Shown here: piece by piece, positions 40,889 to 50,589 of the stretch | Position numbering within the stretch: position 1 is the first letter of the stretch | Layout of the letters: every line of letters begins with the position of its first letter | Origin: Bacteriovoracaceae bacterium | Lineage (GTDB): Bacteria; Bdellovibrionota; Bacteriovoracia; Bacteriovoracales; Bacteriovoracaceae | NCBI GenBank assembly: GCA_018649885.1 | Contig: JABIHA010000059.1 | Location: 1 to 56,267 of the forward strand | DNA: 56,267 nucleotides | Direction: 5' to 3' | Position numbers and translations under genes: made by a program | The notes under the pieces: model-generated | What the model saw: the letters and a program-made list of their open reading frames with translations, nothing else | Told to the model about the DNA's origin: nothing | Databases searched by the model: none

Positions 40889-41284
40889 ATGGTAGTTATG
40901 AAGTGTATCTATCACATTTTCTTTTTCACAACGGTATTTTGGTTTTTCAGTTCTTCTGATGCATACAGTAAAGAGGCCCATTATAGTGACTCATTTAGAA
41001 TTATTGTGATAGGTAGCAAGATGGCGGTGGTTTCTCCCAAGGATTTTTCTGTGGGACAGGCCGTGATCATTGAAAATAAAACCTTGGATTATATTAGAGG
41101 AAAATTGCAAAATGCTGACGGAGTATTATTAAGACATATATCCATTGCCCCGGGAAAGTTTGATTCCCAGGTGCTTGATGGCAAGAAAGGGGAGATATTT
41201 TATTTCTTTCCACTTTCACCCTCAGGTCAAGAAGCGGTTTTAAAAGTAGGAAATACCCCTTATGAGATTCCTCCAAAGAGATAA
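40889..41284 (+). CDS. Hypothetical exported protein
   Basis: Signal peptide-like N-terminus; overlaps the next gene. Confidence 0.6.
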   Translation: MVVMKCIYHIFFFTTVFWFFSSSDAYSKEAHYSDSFRIIVIGSKMAVVSPKDFSVGQAVIIENKTLDYIRGKLQNADGVLLRHISIAPGKFDSQVLDGKKGEIFYFFPLSPSGQEAVLKVGNTPYEIPPKR

Positions 41285-42407
41285 AGTCAAAAAGACTTAT
41301 ATCGTAATATCTGATCTGCACTTGTCTGCAGGTGTCTTTATTGATGGGAAAAGAAATGTTTTAGAAGAATTTCATGATGACAAGGAGCTTGTTGATTTTT
41401 TGAAGTTCTACTCAACTGGTACCTATGACAAGAGGCCGGTTGAGCTTATCATAAATGGTGATTTCTTAGATTTTTTGGCCGTGCCTTACGTTAATTATTT
41501 TGATGATGAGTTTTGGAGTGAAAAGGCCACCAAAGAAAAATTGCAGCATATCATTAACGCTCATCATGAAGTGATAGATGCTCTTGGAGAGTTCGCCAAC
41601 TGTAAGAATAAAAATGTAGTGTATATTATTGGCAATCATGATGGTGAGCTTGCTTTTTCTTCTATAAGAGAAGATTTCAAAAAAACACTTAAACTTCAAG
41701 AAGATGATTCATTTTTATTTATCTTTGATAATTCAGAGTATATTCCCATTCCTGGTGTTGTGATTAAACATGGCCATCAGTACGAGAAGGCCCACAGTTT
41801 CAATCCTTCAGAGTCTTTGATTACGGCCAAGGGTGGGCAGGCCTACTTTTCTCCTCCGTGGGGAAGTTATTATGTCACAAGAATTGTGAACAAGTTTAAA
41901 GAAGAAAGAGGCTATATCGGGGCCATTAAACCAATCAGAATCTTGATTGCTTATGGTCTATTTTTTGACACACTTTTTACCATTAGATTCTTATTTGCCT
42001 CAACATTTTATTTTTTTATGGTTAGGTTTATTCGCTTTTTTAAAGCTGGAAAAAAAATGCTTGCAAGAGAATTTTTTAAAGACTTACTGGAGAGTGTGGC
42101 AGGTGAGCTAGAGCTATTCCGGGACTACGGAACACTGGCCAATAAATTTTTTGAAAATAGACCCGAAGTAAAGGCCTTAATTGTTGGCCACACTCATGAA
42201 GCTGAGTATACTGAGTTTCCAGGTGGAGCAGTTTTTATTAATACTGGAACTTGGACAAAATTTTATCAACTTGATTTCACAAAACTTCAAATCGAAAATA
42301 AACTTACCTATGCCCAGATTGATGAGATTGATCAATCTGATCATATTGATATGGCCCTAAATTCTTGGAAGGGTACATCAAAGCTACCTTATGATGAGTA
42401 TTTCTAG
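41262..42407 (+). CDS. Calcineurin-like metallophosphoesterase
   Basis: ISDLH, NGDFLD, GNHD, HGH, GHTH, NTGTW. Confidence 0.88.
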   Translation: MRFLQRDKVKKTYIVISDLHLSAGVFIDGKRNVLEEFHDDKELVDFLKFYSTGTYDKRPVELIINGDFLDFLAVPYVNYFDDEFWSEKATKEKLQHIINAHHEVIDALGEFANCKNKNVVYIIGNHDGELAFSSIREDFKKTLKLQEDDSFLFIFDNSEYIPIPGVVIKHGHQYEKAHSFNPSESLITAKGGQAYFSPPWGSYYVTRIVNKFKEERGYIGAIKPIRILIAYGLFFDTLFTIRFLFASTFYFFMVRFIRFFKAGKKMLAREFFKDLLESVAGELELFRDYGTLANKFFENRPEVKALIVGHTHEAEYTEFPGGAVFINTGTWTKFYQLDFTKLQIENKLTYAQIDEIDQSDHIDMALNSWKGTSKLPYDEYF

Positions 42408-42459
42408 AATTGATTTGGCTAGACCTAAACCTAGGTCAACGTTTAAGTCAAAGTAGGGT

Positions 42460-42963
42460 TTAGTCGTTGTGTGATTGGTAGCAAAGCTCCATTACGAAAT
42501 CACCGTGAACACAAGATAGGGGAACCATAATAGTGGTTGTACCAGAAGGATATTTGAAGCAGTGTCCTTTACCAGTAACAGTTGAAGGCACGGCCATTTC
42601 GATTTTAAAGCCCATTTGTGTCAGAGTTCTCTTGGCATTGCCGGTGACTATATTGGCGATTTCTGCGCCTACATCTTCAATTTGATCATTAAAATCAGTA
42701 TACTCTTCCATTAACATGGCACTTGCTATCTTTACATAAACATCAGTTTCCCAAGTCAGTAAGAACATTCCTTGGAATTCTCGGTCAGTACCTTCGACTT
42801 CAACAGTTCCAATGAGTCCCATTATGGCCGAAATGTCGCCTTTTGCTTGTCTGTCACTTTTGATGATGGGTTTTCCAGGCTCAAGCTTGGTAAAAACCAT
42901 TGTTTCAAAAACTTTCTGAATTCCCTCGACAAATGGCTTACTGAATTCAATAAACTCGCTCAT
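42460..42963 (-). CDS. cheX: CheY-P phosphatase CheX
   Basis: DISAIMGL, EIANIVTG (ExxN motif), MAVPSTVTG. Confidence 0.9.
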   Translation of the reverse strand: MSEFIEFSKPFVEGIQKVFETMVFTKLEPGKPIIKSDRQAKGDISAIMGLIGTVEVEGTDREFQGMFLLTWETDVYVKIASAMLMEEYTDFNDQIEDVGAEIANIVTGNAKRTLTQMGFKIEMAVPSTVTGKGHCFKYPSGTTTIMVPLSCVHGDFVMELCYQSHND

Positions 42964-42984
42964 GGCATGACCCTCATGGTTTTA

Positions 42985-43512
42985 CTACAATCCTAAATCA
43001 TTCAATAAATCATCTATTGACTGTTGTGGATCTTCTTCTTTGGATAAATCAGTACTTTGCTTTTCATCAAAAGAGCACGATGCTCTATCAATATCTTTAA
43101 ATTTCTCAGAAAGCCAATGTAACCTTGTGGGAAAAGTTTTAGTAGATAGATTTTTAAGTGAAGAATCACTTCCAGTTCTAGTTTTTTCATTCATTTTGAT
43201 TAATAAATCAACTGTATCGAACATTACAGCGACAGCAATCTCTTGTAACTTTTTATCTGTGACTTGGCTCGATTTGTAGCCAATAATTTTTCCTAGCTCA
43301 CAAAATTTGGCCACTTCATCGACTCCAATCGATTTGGCAGCTCCCATTACACGATCTATAATTTGGCCAAACTGCTCAAGGCCTACTGAAAATTTATCAG
43401 GGTGATCCTCGATTTCATCCAAAATATCTTCGAGTTGAGTAAATAGATCTGCAGCTTCATCACAAAACTCATCAACTATTTCTTTCATCATTGGATCATC
43501 AAGTAGTGACAT
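42985..43512 (-). CDS. Stand-alone Hpt-like protein lacking the phosphoacceptor His
   Basis: EIVDEFCDEA..L...LE pattern; IDRVMGAAKSIG where H-x-x-KG-A is expected; C-terminal QQSIDDLLNDLGL. Confidence 0.7.
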   Translation of the reverse strand: MSLLDDPMMKEIVDEFCDEAADLFTQLEDILDEIEDHPDKFSVGLEQFGQIIDRVMGAAKSIGVDEVAKFCELGKIIGYKSSQVTDKKLQEIAVAVMFDTVDLLIKMNEKTRTGSDSSLKNLSTKTFPTRLHWLSEKFKDIDRASCSFDEKQSTDLSKEEDPQQSIDDLLNDLGL

Positions 43513-43525
43513 TAAGTTGCTCCTT

Positions 43526-43924
43526 CTAGGCCTTAAATATTTTTTGTATTTTTTCTTGTAGCGTGGCCGCAGAAAAAGGTTTCACAATAAAGTTACTGAC
43601 ACCCGCTTTTACTGCTATCACCACATTACCTTGTTCGGCTTCAGCTGTTACCATTAAAAATGGTAGGTCCTTGTATTGATCATCCGCCCTAAGTGTTTTG
43701 AGTAAATCAAGCCCACTCATTCCCGGCATATTCCAGTCAGAAACAATAAATTCGTAGGGAACACCAAGCTCGGTGGCCTCTTTTATCATTGGAAGTGCTG
43801 TAGCACCATCATCAGCTTGAGTAATATTGGTGAAGCCCATGGTTTTTAGCATTTTTTCAATGATTTTTCTCATTGTGCCCATGTCATTAATTACTATTAT
43901 CTTCATGGAAGTTTTAAGGCCCAT
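43526..43924 (-). CDS. cheY: CheY-like response regulator
   Basis: SDWNMP, MVTAE, IVKPF; first acidic pair reads ND. Confidence 0.9.
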   Translation of the reverse strand: MGLKTSMKIIVINDMGTMRKIIEKMLKTMGFTNITQADDGATALPMIKEATELGVPYEFIVSDWNMPGMSGLDLLKTLRADDQYKDLPFLMVTAEAEQGNVVIAVKAGVSNFIVKPFSAATLQEKIQKIFKA

Positions 43925-43934
43925 TTTCCCCTCC

Positions 43935-45017
43935 TTAAGCTACTTTATCCTTAATGTTTAATGTCATAAGAGATATAAAATTATTGTAAATTGTCTGGTT
44001 AAAGTTTAACTCAAGTCCTGGAATTGTTCCACCTGAACTTATTGTAGAACAAACAGTATTAATTGGTTTTTTGACTCCAGTAACCTTTCCCTCGGCGTAT
44101 TCAAATGCCATTGAGACAACACCTAATACTTGGGATAATGGCTCTAAGTTTGCCCCCATTTTTCTCGAGGGGAATCCACAACCATCCTCTCGTTCATGAT
44201 GTTCTAAAATAATTTTTATAATCCTATCATTGACATGAAGTCCTAGTTTTCTAGTCAAATGTTGTGTTAATCCAGGATGGTTCTTGTACTCTTTCGATTC
44301 TTGATCATTTAAATCAAGGTATGCTTTTCTAGATAGAGACTTTTCAATTTGAGTAAACCCGATGTGGTGAAGTTGGGAGGCCAAAAAGATATCTGCCAGA
44401 TCCTGCTCACTTTTCATACCCATTACCTTCGCCATCATATACGAGACGGCGGTAATGCGATTGGTACAATTATCAACATTAAATGCCTTATCAGCTAAAC
44501 CCACGGCAAAGCTAACACTTTGTGAAATATATAGGCTAAAGCAGAGAACTTCTTCTCGAATACTTTCTATTAATGGTAAAAAGTCATCTTTTTGTATTGA
44601 ACTATTAACAACAGTGGCATCATTTTGATGAGATAGTACGCTGGTGTTGTTGGAGTTAGAATTCATTTCACTATTTAATTGGTTTTCTCGAAGCTCTTTT
44701 AATTTTTCTTCTCTTTTAATTTCAAATTCTGAGGGTTTTTCCTCAATTTCATCCTGAGAGAAAATATCACTTTCATTCAAACCTAGAAAATTTATGAAAG
44801 TCTTTTTTTGGTTAATTGAAATCGAGACAATTCCACCTTCTTCTATGATTTTTTGTAGCTCATTTCGCTTTGGTGGGTCTAGTGGGTTATTTCCTTTCAA
44901 AAATAATGAGTATGATTTGGCACTTAAGGAGTAAACATGGATACTAAATGGAAAAAATGTATACTTCGGCAAAAGGAAGTCGATATTAATGTGAAAATAT
45001 CCTGCATCTTTAATCAT
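43935..45017 (-). CDS. Degenerate HD-GYP domain protein
   Basis: LHHIG in place of LHDIG; HP, HHEREDGCGFP; final ligand Asp absent. Confidence 0.8.
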   Translation of the reverse strand: MIKDAGYFHINIDFLLPKYTFFPFSIHVYSLSAKSYSLFLKGNNPLDPPKRNELQKIIEEGGIVSISINQKKTFINFLGLNESDIFSQDEIEEKPSEFEIKREEKLKELRENQLNSEMNSNSNNTSVLSHQNDATVVNSSIQKDDFLPLIESIREEVLCFSLYISQSVSFAVGLADKAFNVDNCTNRITAVSYMMAKVMGMKSEQDLADIFLASQLHHIGFTQIEKSLSRKAYLDLNDQESKEYKNHPGLTQHLTRKLGLHVNDRIIKIILEHHEREDGCGFPSRKMGANLEPLSQVLGVVSMAFEYAEGKVTGVKKPINTVCSTISSGGTIPGLELNFNQTIYNNFISLMTLNIKDKVA

Positions 45018-47687
45018 CTAACTTGCCTTTTTCAGTGAATCTAGCACTTTTCCAAAAAATCCCTTCTTTTTCTCAGCCTTTTTCCGAGGGCCTTGATATT
45101 TTCCACTCTGGCCACTTACATGATAATTTTCAAGGAGTATTGCCCTTGAAGATTCAATAAAGGCCTCATACCTTGATTCATCAAGGCCATCTATTTTTGT
45201 AAAGAAAATGGCAACTGCAAACCCAATAAAATCTAGGCCTTCATAAAATGGGTAGATATAGTAATTTAAGTTACTTTGGAAGGTATGATCTTTCCAAGTG
45301 GGAGTGCTTGTTTGTTTCCATTTTTCAAAGTTTTGGTCCTTAATATCCTGCCACTGGTCTGAGTATTCAACCTCATCACAAAATGCCAGTGAGTTCATTG
45401 TCTCTACAATACTTTCGTCATTTTCATAGTCGGGCGTGAAAAAAACAAGATATCCATCACACTCATCGATAAAGTTAACTCCAAGATATTTATATACACT
45501 TTCATCTTCATTTTGTTGTTCATGACTACCTTTCTTATAGATATCAAGGACATAAATTATATGCTCGACCCCTTTTGTCTCTGGCTCAAAATAAGTATCA
45601 CGAACTGGGCCTGATCCACTTTCTTCATCTTCATGGTCATAGCTCTTGGGCCCAAATTTCTTGGCCTCTAAGCTATCTCTTCGTCTCTTTCCTCCGATTT
45701 TGTCTTTAATCTCATCATAGTCTAGGGTGGTAGGGGCATGTCTTTTTTTATTTCTTGTTACACCCTCAAAATCTGGAATCTTCTTTCCATCATCAAGGTG
45801 GTCATAATGAATAATTTGCTCTTCTTTTTCATCTTCAAAAGAACCCAGATCTTTTGGGCCTCTTTTTTTCTTCTCCCATTTCTCATCTTTGATTTCGTCT
45901 CTGTCTATATCCCAATTGTCGTCGACAATTTGTTCTTGCTCTTCCCATTCTTTTCCTTTTTTCTCTTCTTCTTCACGGGCGGCAAGCTTCTTTTTTTTCT
46001 TTGCTTCTTCTTCCTCTGCTTGAGCTTTTTCTTCCTCTTCCTCTTCCACCATTTCAAGCTTTTTGGCCAATTTCTTTTTTAGACCTATCTCCTCATCAAC
46101 TTGCTCTTCATCTTCTTCCTCTTCATCTGGCTCATCTTCTAGTGGCAAACCTAGTTTTTTCTTGGAGGCCTTGCTCTCTTCTTCTTCCTCATCTTCCTCT
46201 TCTTCTTCTTCCTCTTCACCATCATCTAAATTGATACCTAACTTTTTCTTCGTTGCTAATTTTTCCTCTTCCTCTTCATCCTCTGGAAGCTCTTCTTCTG
46301 TAAGCTGTTTTTTCTTTTTCTCTAAAGTTGGCTCCTCCTCTTCCTCCTCATCTTCAAGTGCGAGACCCAGTGCCTTTTTCTTCGCAGATTTGCCATCTTC
46401 AGGTTCACTTTCTTCTTCTTCGATGGGCTCTTCAAGATCCTCTAATTTAAGTGCTTTCTTCTTTTTCTTTTGCGGGCCTTGATCTTCTTCATCTTCGTCA
46501 ACTTCGTCTTCTTCAGGCTCTTCAATATCTTCTAACTTTAGCCCCAGCTTTTTCTTTTTGACTAAATCATCTTTGGGGTCAGACTCTTCTTCATCTTCTT
46601 CCTCTGGCTCGTCTAATTCTTCAAGCGTAAGTCCCATTTTCTTTTTTCTGGCCCTATCCGTTTCTTTTTCCTCCTCTTCTTCTGGCTCCTCTTCTTGATC
46701 TTCAATATCTTCTAAGTTTAGTCCTAACTTTTTCTTTTTTTCTAATTCATCTTTGGGATCAGATTCCTCTTCATCTTCATCTGGCTCATCTATTTCTTCA
46801 AGTTGCAGCTCCATCTTTTTTTTCTTTTTTGCAGTTTCCTCTTCAGGCGTGCTCTCTTCCTCCTCTATCTCAGGTTCGGCGTCTTCAAGTTGAAGACCAA
46901 GGCGTTTTTTCTTTTCTAGTTTGTCTTCTTCAGGATTCGATTCTTCCTCTTCGTCGTCTTCCTCTACTTCTTCTTCAAGATCTAGACCCAACTTTTTTCT
47001 TTTCTTTACTTCATCTTCTTCAGGATTTGATTTTTTAACATCTTCAACTTGCTGCTCTTCATCTTGAAAATCGAGAGACATTTTCTTTTTCTTCGCCTCT
47101 ACTTCTTCTTCAGGGGAGCTTTCTTCTTCTTTTTCTGGCGCTTCATCATCGTCAACTAAGTTGAGACCAATTTTTTTCTTAGCTTTGGCTTCCTTTTCTA
47201 CTTTTTTCTCCTGAGAATTCTTTCCCCTTAGTTTGGTATCAGTATCTTCTTCACTCTTTACGGCATCACCTTTTTTGAGAGTGAAATCATCAACTTCTTC
47301 GCCTTCTTTTTTTATTGGCAATGAACGAAGGAGGAAACTGACCTTATAGACAAGTGTTTTTGGGGCAATAGGCTCTTCTATCACAGCTGCAATTCCCAAC
47401 TTATCCATTCTTTTTTGCGCTTTAAAGGGGATTTTCTTTTTTGTAAGAAGTAGGCATTTACTAGATGATTTTTTATAGGGCTTTTGATTCATGGCAAGCC
47501 ACTTAATACATTTTCTAGGGTCAGACGTAATGATCATGGCGGGCATTACGGTGGCAAATACCTGATTAGCTTCAGCTAGATCATCTACCTCGTGTATTTC
47601 TATACCTTCATCTTCAGCAAAGTGTTCCTTTAACTTTTCTAAAGTCTCAGAAAGAGGATGCATTAGTATGAGAGGTTTGCTTGCCAT
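45018..47687 (-). CDS. Atypical receiver-like domain, long charge-patterned repeat linker and C-terminal domain
   Basis: REC-like N-terminus without a canonical Asp; ~14 KKKK-LGLxLE-(E/D)n units; globular C-terminus. Confidence 0.8.
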   Translation of the reverse strand: MASKPLILMHPLSETLEKLKEHFAEDEGIEIHEVDDLAEANQVFATVMPAMIITSDPRKCIKWLAMNQKPYKKSSSKCLLLTKKKIPFKAQKRMDKLGIAAVIEEPIAPKTLVYKVSFLLRSLPIKKEGEEVDDFTLKKGDAVKSEEDTDTKLRGKNSQEKKVEKEAKAKKKIGLNLVDDDEAPEKEEESSPEEEVEAKKKKMSLDFQDEEQQVEDVKKSNPEEDEVKKRKKLGLDLEEEVEEDDEEEESNPEEDKLEKKKRLGLQLEDAEPEIEEEESTPEEETAKKKKKMELQLEEIDEPDEDEEESDPKDELEKKKKLGLNLEDIEDQEEEPEEEEEKETDRARKKKMGLTLEELDEPEEEDEEESDPKDDLVKKKKLGLKLEDIEEPEEDEVDEDEEDQGPQKKKKKALKLEDLEEPIEEEESEPEDGKSAKKKALGLALEDEEEEEEPTLEKKKKQLTEEELPEDEEEEEKLATKKKLGINLDDGEEEEEEEEDEEEEESKASKKKLGLPLEDEPDEEEEDEEQVDEEIGLKKKLAKKLEMVEEEEEEKAQAEEEEAKKKKKLAAREEEEKKGKEWEEQEQIVDDNWDIDRDEIKDEKWEKKKRGPKDLGSFEDEKEEQIIHYDHLDDGKKIPDFEGVTRNKKRHAPTTLDYDEIKDKIGGKRRRDSLEAKKFGPKSYDHEDEESGSGPVRDTYFEPETKGVEHIIYVLDIYKKGSHEQQNEDESVYKYLGVNFIDECDGYLVFFTPDYENDESIVETMNSLAFCDEVEYSDQWQDIKDQNFEKWKQTSTPTWKDHTFQSNLNYYIYPFYEGLDFIGFAVAIFFTKIDGLDESRYEAFIESSRAILLENYHVSGQSGKYQGPRKKAEKKKGFFGKVLDSLKKAS
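45960..47190 (-). repeat. Imperfect ~30-aa protein repeats (about 14 units)
   Basis: Examples KKKKLGLNLEDIEDQEEE and KKKKLGLKLEDIEEPEED; DNA-level similarity between ~46519-46600 and ~46699-46780 (180-bp offset). Confidence 0.85.
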
Positions 47688-47808
47688 AGTATATTTATCG
47701 GGTATTTAAGGGGTTTTCTTGAGGAAAATTTATCTTTCTGGTTGCATTGCAAGAGTTGGAAGATAATGGAATTGTAGAAGAAATTAAAGCAGTAAATAAA
47801 AGTAGTTT

Positions 47809-48762
47809 ATGGAATATGTACCCATTCGAATATCGACACTACGAGGTGAGACGATATTCGAATTTAATATTTATATTCAAGTGAGAGAAAAATATTTACT
47901 CTATATTAGGCAAGGGGATGATATTGATACCAGCCGCTTGAAACGTCTTAAGAAAAAAAGAGTCCGCCAGCTTTTTATAGAAACTAAAGATGAAGAAAAA
48001 TATCAAAATTTTCTAGATGTAGGTCTTGATATGGTGATTAATGACTCGTCTATTGCAGCTGATGAAAAGGCCGATATGGTGGGTGGCTATGCCTCTACAG
48101 CAGTGGATGAAATGGCAGAAAACCCAGAAAGCGTTGTTGCTTTTAAAATGACTGAAAAGGCAGCAAGTGGCATTGTAGATGTTCTAGCAGCAGACGGTGA
48201 TGTATTAGCTGAAATTATGAAAAAATCTTCAGAGAGTCAAGAAGGTGATGTGGGAACAAAGCATGGTGTAAATGTGGCCTCCCTTTGTGTGGCGCTCGGG
48301 ACTGCCATGGGGCTCACAAAGCAAGCGATTAGAGACTTAGGAGTTGCTGGTTTACTTCATGATATAGGGCTTAATGAGCTTCCCGACGATAAGAAACATT
48401 TGCTGACCACTCCTTATGAAAAATTTACTAAAGAAGATTGGAAGGCCTACAAGGCCCACCCAAAATCTGGAGCGGAAGTGCTCAATGGCAAAGACTATAT
48501 CAACCCTCAGATTTTACTTTTGATTAAAGTTCATGAGGAGAGAAAGTCTGGAGATGGTTTTCCAGAAAAGCTAACCAAAATGGAGCCTATTGAAGAGGTG
48601 ATTGCCCTTGCCAGTTGGTATGACCGACTTGTCACATGCCTGGGATGGACTCATAAAGATGCATTTGAAAACCTCAAAATTGATCAACTTGGCAATTTTG
48701 ATATGAAAATTTTAGACAAATTTAAAAAAGTACTCAAAGAAAAAGGGATAAATAATCTTTGA
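47809..48762 (+). CDS. HD-GYP domain protein (partly degenerate)
   Basis: HGVNV, LLHDIG, HP, HEERKSGDGFP, ASWYD. Confidence 0.85.
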   Translation: MEYVPIRISTLRGETIFEFNIYIQVREKYLLYIRQGDDIDTSRLKRLKKKRVRQLFIETKDEEKYQNFLDVGLDMVINDSSIAADEKADMVGGYASTAVDEMAENPESVVAFKMTEKAASGIVDVLAADGDVLAEIMKKSSESQEGDVGTKHGVNVASLCVALGTAMGLTKQAIRDLGVAGLLHDIGLNELPDDKKHLLTTPYEKFTKEDWKAYKAHPKSGAEVLNGKDYINPQILLLIKVHEERKSGDGFPEKLTKMEPIEEVIALASWYDRLVTCLGWTHKDAFENLKIDQLGNFDMKILDKFKKVLKEKGINNL

Positions 48763-48799
48763 TTCCCAAAATCACGCCAAAGGACTGCTAGACAGTAAG

Positions 48800-49363
48800 A
48801 TGAAAGATAAAACCAATATTAAAACCATTGTATGTGACGATAGCAAAGTCTATTTAGGGTTTTTAAAAGATATTTTTTCTAAAAATGGAATTGATATCTT
48901 CCCTTGCTACAAGCTTTCTAGTTTAGAAGGCTTTGTTAAAGAGGTGAAGCCAGAAATGATACTAATTGATTTTGAAATGGCCGAATACCATGAAAGTGTG
49001 TTTAAGAGCTATCTTGATGGGTTAGATATTGTAAAAATATGGTTATCTCAAAATGAAGGGGAAGAAAATTATATCACTGCCAAAAGGTTTGGGGCCATCG
49101 ATTATATTTACAAGGCAGCTAGTGATGAGTTTATTATTGAAAAGACTAAGTGGTGGCAGCAGTACTGTAATAATCAAAACAATCACAGTACCCTAAAAAG
49201 CTATTGCCGTGAATTACGCCCCATTATATCGGGCATGTCCAAGAATTTGTGCGCCATAGGGGAGCAGCTTAATAGTGAAAATGAAGCCAAAATAAAAATT
49301 TCGAAAATATCAAATATCATGGATAAATTAGAAAAAAACTTATCGGCCCTATTAAGCAGATAA
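48800..49363 (+). CDS. Response regulator receiver protein with helical tail
   Basis: VCDDS, ILIDFEM, GAIDYIYK. Confidence 0.8.
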   Translation: MKDKTNIKTIVCDDSKVYLGFLKDIFSKNGIDIFPCYKLSSLEGFVKEVKPEMILIDFEMAEYHESVFKSYLDGLDIVKIWLSQNEGEENYITAKRFGAIDYIYKAASDEFIIEKTKWWQQYCNNQNNHSTLKSYCRELRPIISGMSKNLCAIGEQLNSENEAKIKISKISNIMDKLEKNLSALLSR

Positions 49364-50221
49364 CTTTGTATGATTTTCCTTATCACTCCAAAATTCAGAT
49401 GACTCTTTTGCAATTATAGTAAAACCATCGATATTGATAGTTTGAAGAGGAGTCTTTAGCCCAATTAGGCTTTCACCATTACCCAATATAATAATACCAT
49501 CTTGATGAAGCTGCTTATCTAGGGAGTTAAGAATTTTTTCTTTATTCTCTTTGTTTTGATAGATTAGAATATTACGACAAAATATAATATTGTAGTTACC
49601 GCTTTGGTATGATCCAGTCAGAAGATTGAAGCTAAAATGTCTTATATGTTTTATGATGCTATTTTTAACCTTCCAAACATCCTTATCATCAACTTTATCA
49701 AAGTACTTTACTAGAAGTGTGATCGGTATACCTCTTTGTACTTCGAGTTGTGTATACTCACCATTTTTCGCCTTTGCTAATGCCTCACTGCTGATATCTG
49801 AAGCATCGAGTTTGACAAAACCACCTGCTAGGCTTGGAAAACCTTCTTTGATTGTCATAATCGTACTGAGTGGCTCCTGCCCGGTAGAACAGGCACAGCT
49901 CCAAATCTTTAAAGGTCCCAGAGGTGACCCCTTTACAAAGTGGGGGATATAAATTTTGGTTAGAAAATCAAATGGCTTTGAATCTCTAAAAAAGCTTGTC
50001 TCATTATTAGTGGCCAGGTCGAGGAGAACCGTTTCCATTTCGGTAGTCATATTTTGAATATAAATTTGGTGAAGAGCATCGGCACTATCAACATTGAAAT
50101 GCTCAATAAGCGTTGATATACGAGCATCTAGCCTGTAACGATCTGAAATAGGGTATTCGATACCAAGGCGATCTTTAATTAGGTCTGCAAAGTACATATA
50201 AACTTTTTCAGAAATTTCCAT
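49352..50221 (-). CDS. cheR: Chemotaxis methyltransferase
   Basis: TNNETSFFRD, IWSCACSTGQEP, IFCRNILIY, LGNGES. Confidence 0.95.
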   Translation of the reverse strand: MEISEKVYMYFADLIKDRLGIEYPISDRYRLDARISTLIEHFNVDSADALHQIYIQNMTTEMETVLLDLATNNETSFFRDSKPFDFLTKIYIPHFVKGSPLGPLKIWSCACSTGQEPLSTIMTIKEGFPSLAGGFVKLDASDISSEALAKAKNGEYTQLEVQRGIPITLLVKYFDKVDDKDVWKVKNSIIKHIRHFSFNLLTGSYQSGNYNIIFCRNILIYQNKENKEKILNSLDKQLHQDGIIILGNGESLIGLKTPLQTINIDGFTIIAKESSEFWSDKENHTKLSA

Positions 50222-50589
50222 TATGAGGCCCTTTTTGTGACCTGATCGATTTTTCCAAACAAAATATCAGGAGTGAAGGGTTTCATTATATATTCTGATG
50301 CACCAAGGCCTATTGCCTTCATAATTTTCTCTGGAGAGTTCTCTGTTGTCATCATGATGATAGGGCAGAGGTGTAATTTTTTTTCTAGAGCTTCTTCAAG
50401 AAAACCAACTCCATCTAGATTTGGCATATTCCAGTCAAGCAAGATTATATCAAACTTGGAATCTTTCTCAAGTAGATCCAAGGCCTCTTTTCCATCTAAT
50501 GCATGCTCGAATTGATGACCTTTTGGAGAGACCATTTCACCGACCATTTTGCCTATGAATTTTGAGTCATCTATAATTAATATTCTCAT
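50221..50589 (-). CDS. CheY-like response regulator
   Basis: IIDDS, LDWNMP, MMTTE, IMKPF. Confidence 0.92.
   Translation of the reverse strand: MRILIIDDSKFIGKMVGEMVSPKGHQFEHALDGKEALDLLEKDSKFDIILLDWNMPNLDGVGFLEEALEKKLHLCPIIMMTTENSPEKIMKAIGLGASEYIMKPFTPDILFGKIDQVTKRAS

Noticed and set aside
45738..47038. Ser/Phe/Leu-rich plus-strand ORFs
   Set aside because: Antisense shadows of the Glu/Lys-rich repeat gene
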